The notes under the pieces were generated by a model, which was not told the origin of the DNA, did no database searches, and saw only the letters and a program-made list of their open reading frames with translations. Source: the human T2T-CHM13v2.0 reference genome, Homo sapiens. From it: a stretch of 64,000 bases of DNA. Shown piece after piece: positions 60,540 to 64,000 of this stretch; position 1 is the stretch's first letter, and each line of letters opens with the position of its first letter. Position numbers and translations under genes: made by a program. Where the stretch lies: assembly GCF_009914755.1 (NCBI RefSeq), contig NC_060926.1. One strand, written 5' to 3'.

Positions 60540-60760
60540 ACTTATTACATACTATAAGCATCATTCTAAGCGCTTTACGTCTCTAATGTCCCAACAGCTT
60601 TATTAGGAAGCTTCTGTTTTGATTCACATTTTTCAGATGAGGAAAATAAAACTTATTTAAACTACTAGTTTATCTAAAGTCATACAGTTAGTAAATAGTA
60701 GAACAAGATTTTGGACTTCGGTAGTCTGACTCGAGGCCCATATTCTTGGGCAGTGAGAGA
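60540..60760 (-). mobile_element. MIR
   Basis: CATTTTTCAGATGAGGAAAA...CTAAAGTCATACAGTTAGTAAATAGTAGAAC...GTCTGACTC. Confidence 0.75.
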
Positions 60761-61370
60761 AGCTGAGATGTGATGAGCAGCCAGATACTACAAACTTCAG
60801 TTTTCAGATCTGGTTTTCTTAAAGGCTGTGTTTTCTTCATTTTTTGTGTTCTATGAGATTTACCCTATACCCTCTTTCCACAGTTTTACAAGAGCTAAGT
60901 TTGTTCCTTTAACAAAAACAGCCTGTGCTAAATGTTGGGAAATTAGGTGCTGAGAGTAGAAGACTGCAGAAACAAGGTATTGGAGCTATTTACAGTGTAT
61001 GAAATACCAGACAGGGTAGCATTTTAACAAAGACATCTCCAACTGGAGGTAAGAGATATGGACTACAGAAAGATGGAGAGAGTGAGGATTTACAAGTAAT
61101 GATTATATTGAAATCCTAGAAATTCTGAGAATTACTATGTGCCAAATTTAGACTCAGAATTTTAACACTGTTCTAGAGTCCCAAGAGCTGGGAGTGGAGT
61201 GAAATGTCAGTTTTAGAAGGTTTCTAAAAAAATCTGTACTCTTATCTGACACTTGTAAGATGGTCAAAATATGTTGAGTGTTGTACATTCCATGAAATAG
61301 ATTTGTAATTTACCTGAGTAATTCCATTTGAGAAAAAATGGACAAGTTGATACAAATGTTGTCCCAATGA

Positions 61371-61681
<311 letters not shown>

Positions 61682-61754
61682 TATTTGAATTTCATCATTA
61701 GGTTGCAATCATATCTCAAACAAAGTGATTTGTGTGCTATGAAACTATAGTACT

Positions 61755-62300
61755 CTTTTTTTAACTAGCTTAACAATTAAGTACACAGTATAGCATAGTT
61801 AACTAGAAGCACATTATTGTAGAGTAGATCTCTAGAACTTTTCATATTGCATAACTGAAGCTTTATGCCCATTAAAAAGCAATTCTCCATTTCCCTCTCC
61901 TCCAAATTCCTGAAAAACATCATTCTACTTTCTGCTTTTATGAGTTTGACTACTTTACCTACCTCATAGAAGTAGAATATATTGCAATATTTGTCCTTCT
62001 GAGACTGGCTTATTTCACTTGGCATAATGTCCTCAAGGTTCATCCATGTCACTTCTGACAGATTTTCCTTTTTTAAATGGCTGAAAAATATTTCATTGTA
62101 TATATATAAGCCATATTTTAATAAACATATATTTTTAACTGAGAAATAAAAATTACACATTATCACATAAAACATTCTGAAATAGGTATATATTGTGCAA
62201 TGGCTAAATTGAGCTAACTGATATATGTATTACCTCACATTCTCGTTTTTGTGGTGAGAACACTTAAAATCTAATCTCTACGAATTTTAAGAATACGACA
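61755..62300 (-). mobile_element. L1MA 3'UTR fragments (resume at 63860-64000)
   Basis: TAGATCTCTAGAACTT, CTGGCTTATTTCACTTGGCATAATGTCCTCAAGGTTCATCCATGT, GTGGTGAGAACACTTAAAATCT. Confidence 0.8.
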
Positions 62301-63546
62301 TGAGGGGACTTCAAAGAGTTTGTGAAAAATGAAATCAAACGATAAAAATTAAAGATATAAACTTTATTTCTCAATATAAGTTCTATCAAGTTTAAGACAC
62401 TTTTGTAGTGATGATACCAGCCGTTTAGTCCATCCCATTAGAACTGAGAGTCCTGGGAATTTAACCATATCGATGCAGTCTTTTTTTTACATTAACTGAT
62501 GAAAAATAAGTGCATTTTAAAGATTTTTTAAGATTAGGACAAAAATAAGCCAAAGGAGCCAAATCAGCACTGTAAGGTGAATGACTAATGAGCGGAATCA
62601 GCAGGAACATTGTTATGGTAGAGAAGGACTCTCTGGTGAAGATTTCCTGGGCATTTTTTGGTTAAAGCTTAGCTAACTTTCTCAAAACCCTCTCATAATA
62701 AGCAGATGTTATCATTTTTTGGCCTTTCAGGAAGTCAACAAGCAAAATGCCTTAAGCATCTCTAAAATTGTTGCTATGACCTTTGCTCTTGACCAGTCCC
62801 CTTGTGCTTTGACTGGAACACTTCCACCTTTTGGTAGCCATTGCTTTGATTGTGCTTTGTCTTCACGATAATACTGGCAAAGCTATGTTTTGTCTCCTGA
62901 TACAATTCTTCAAAGCAATGCTTCAGGAGCTTTCTTCTACTTGTTTAAAATTTCCATTGAAAGCTTTGCTCTTCTCTGCAGTTGATCTGGGTGCAATGGT
63001 TTTGGCAACCATCAAGTGGAAAGTTTGCTTAACTTTAATTTTTTAGTAAGAATTGTGTAAACTGGGCCAACTGAGATGTCTATAATGTTGGCTATTTTTT
63101 CTATTATTAATCATTGGTCTTCTTCAATTATGCCATGAACAAGATTAATTTCCTCCTTGCAAATTGATGTGAATGGTCTGCTACTGCAGGCTTCATTTTC
63201 AACATGTCTGATCTCTCCTTAGAATGAGTTATCCATTTGTAAACTGCTGATTTCTTTGGGGCAATGTCTCCATAAACTTTTCATAAAGCACCAGTGAATT
63301 CAGCATTCTTTTACCCAGGGTTCACCATAAATTTGATGTTTATGTTTGCTTCAATTTTAGTAGAATTCATGTTGTTCAAATAGGGGCTCCTTTCAAACTG
63401 ATGTCCTTCCTCATGCCTGAAACTAGGTCCTGTTCAGACATGCCATAACAAGTTAGTATGAGTTTATTTTGGTGCAGGAAAACTTTGAAATCTATGCATA
63501 GTTTTTGATAATACACATTTTCCATGAACTTTTAAAAGTCCCCTCC
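62301..63546 (-). mobile_element. Near-full-length HSMAR2 mariner with a dead transposase
   Basis: TIRs TGAGGGGACTTCAAAGAGTTTGTGAAAAATG / CATTTTCCATGAACTTTTAAAAGTCCCCTC. Transposase start at 63370 reads MNSTKIEANINIKFMVNPG* (Hsmar2 MNSAKIEARTNIKFMVKLGW-like). Confidence 0.9.
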
Positions 63547-63547
63547 T

Positions 63548-63921
<374 letters not shown>

Positions 63922-64000
63922 CTATCTCACTAAAATTTTGTGCCTTTTGACAAACAACTACTGCCACCCTTAACCCCTGCTACCTACCATTCTGCTTTCT

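Overview
Human-type (primate) genomic DNA, AT-rich and repeat-dense. It contains one complete protein-coding gene, ZSWIM2 (MEX; SWIM, RING, ZZ and RING-H2 E3 ubiquitin ligase), on the minus strand. The gene has 9 coding exons from ATG 36410 to stop 15263, all GT-AG introns, and 1902 nt of CDS (633 aa). A small CpG-rich promoter with tandem RFX X-box-like motifs lies upstream, and a candidate AATAAA lies at 14783-14788. The rest is mostly transposon fossils: a near-full-length dead L1PA, several truncated L1s, about a dozen Alus, a truncated and rearranged ERVL (HERV16-like) provirus, MaLR/ERV1 solo LTRs, hAT MERs and a near-complete HSMAR2 mariner. Repeat subfamily names come from recalled consensus sequences, not a database search. 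I see no convincing novel multi-gene system. The most unusual observations are a ~250-bp templated duplication plus an adjacent inversion inside the ERVL pol gene, an unexplained CpG-retaining ~150-bp segment inside an ancient L1, and a CpG-retaining ETS-site LTR fragment.
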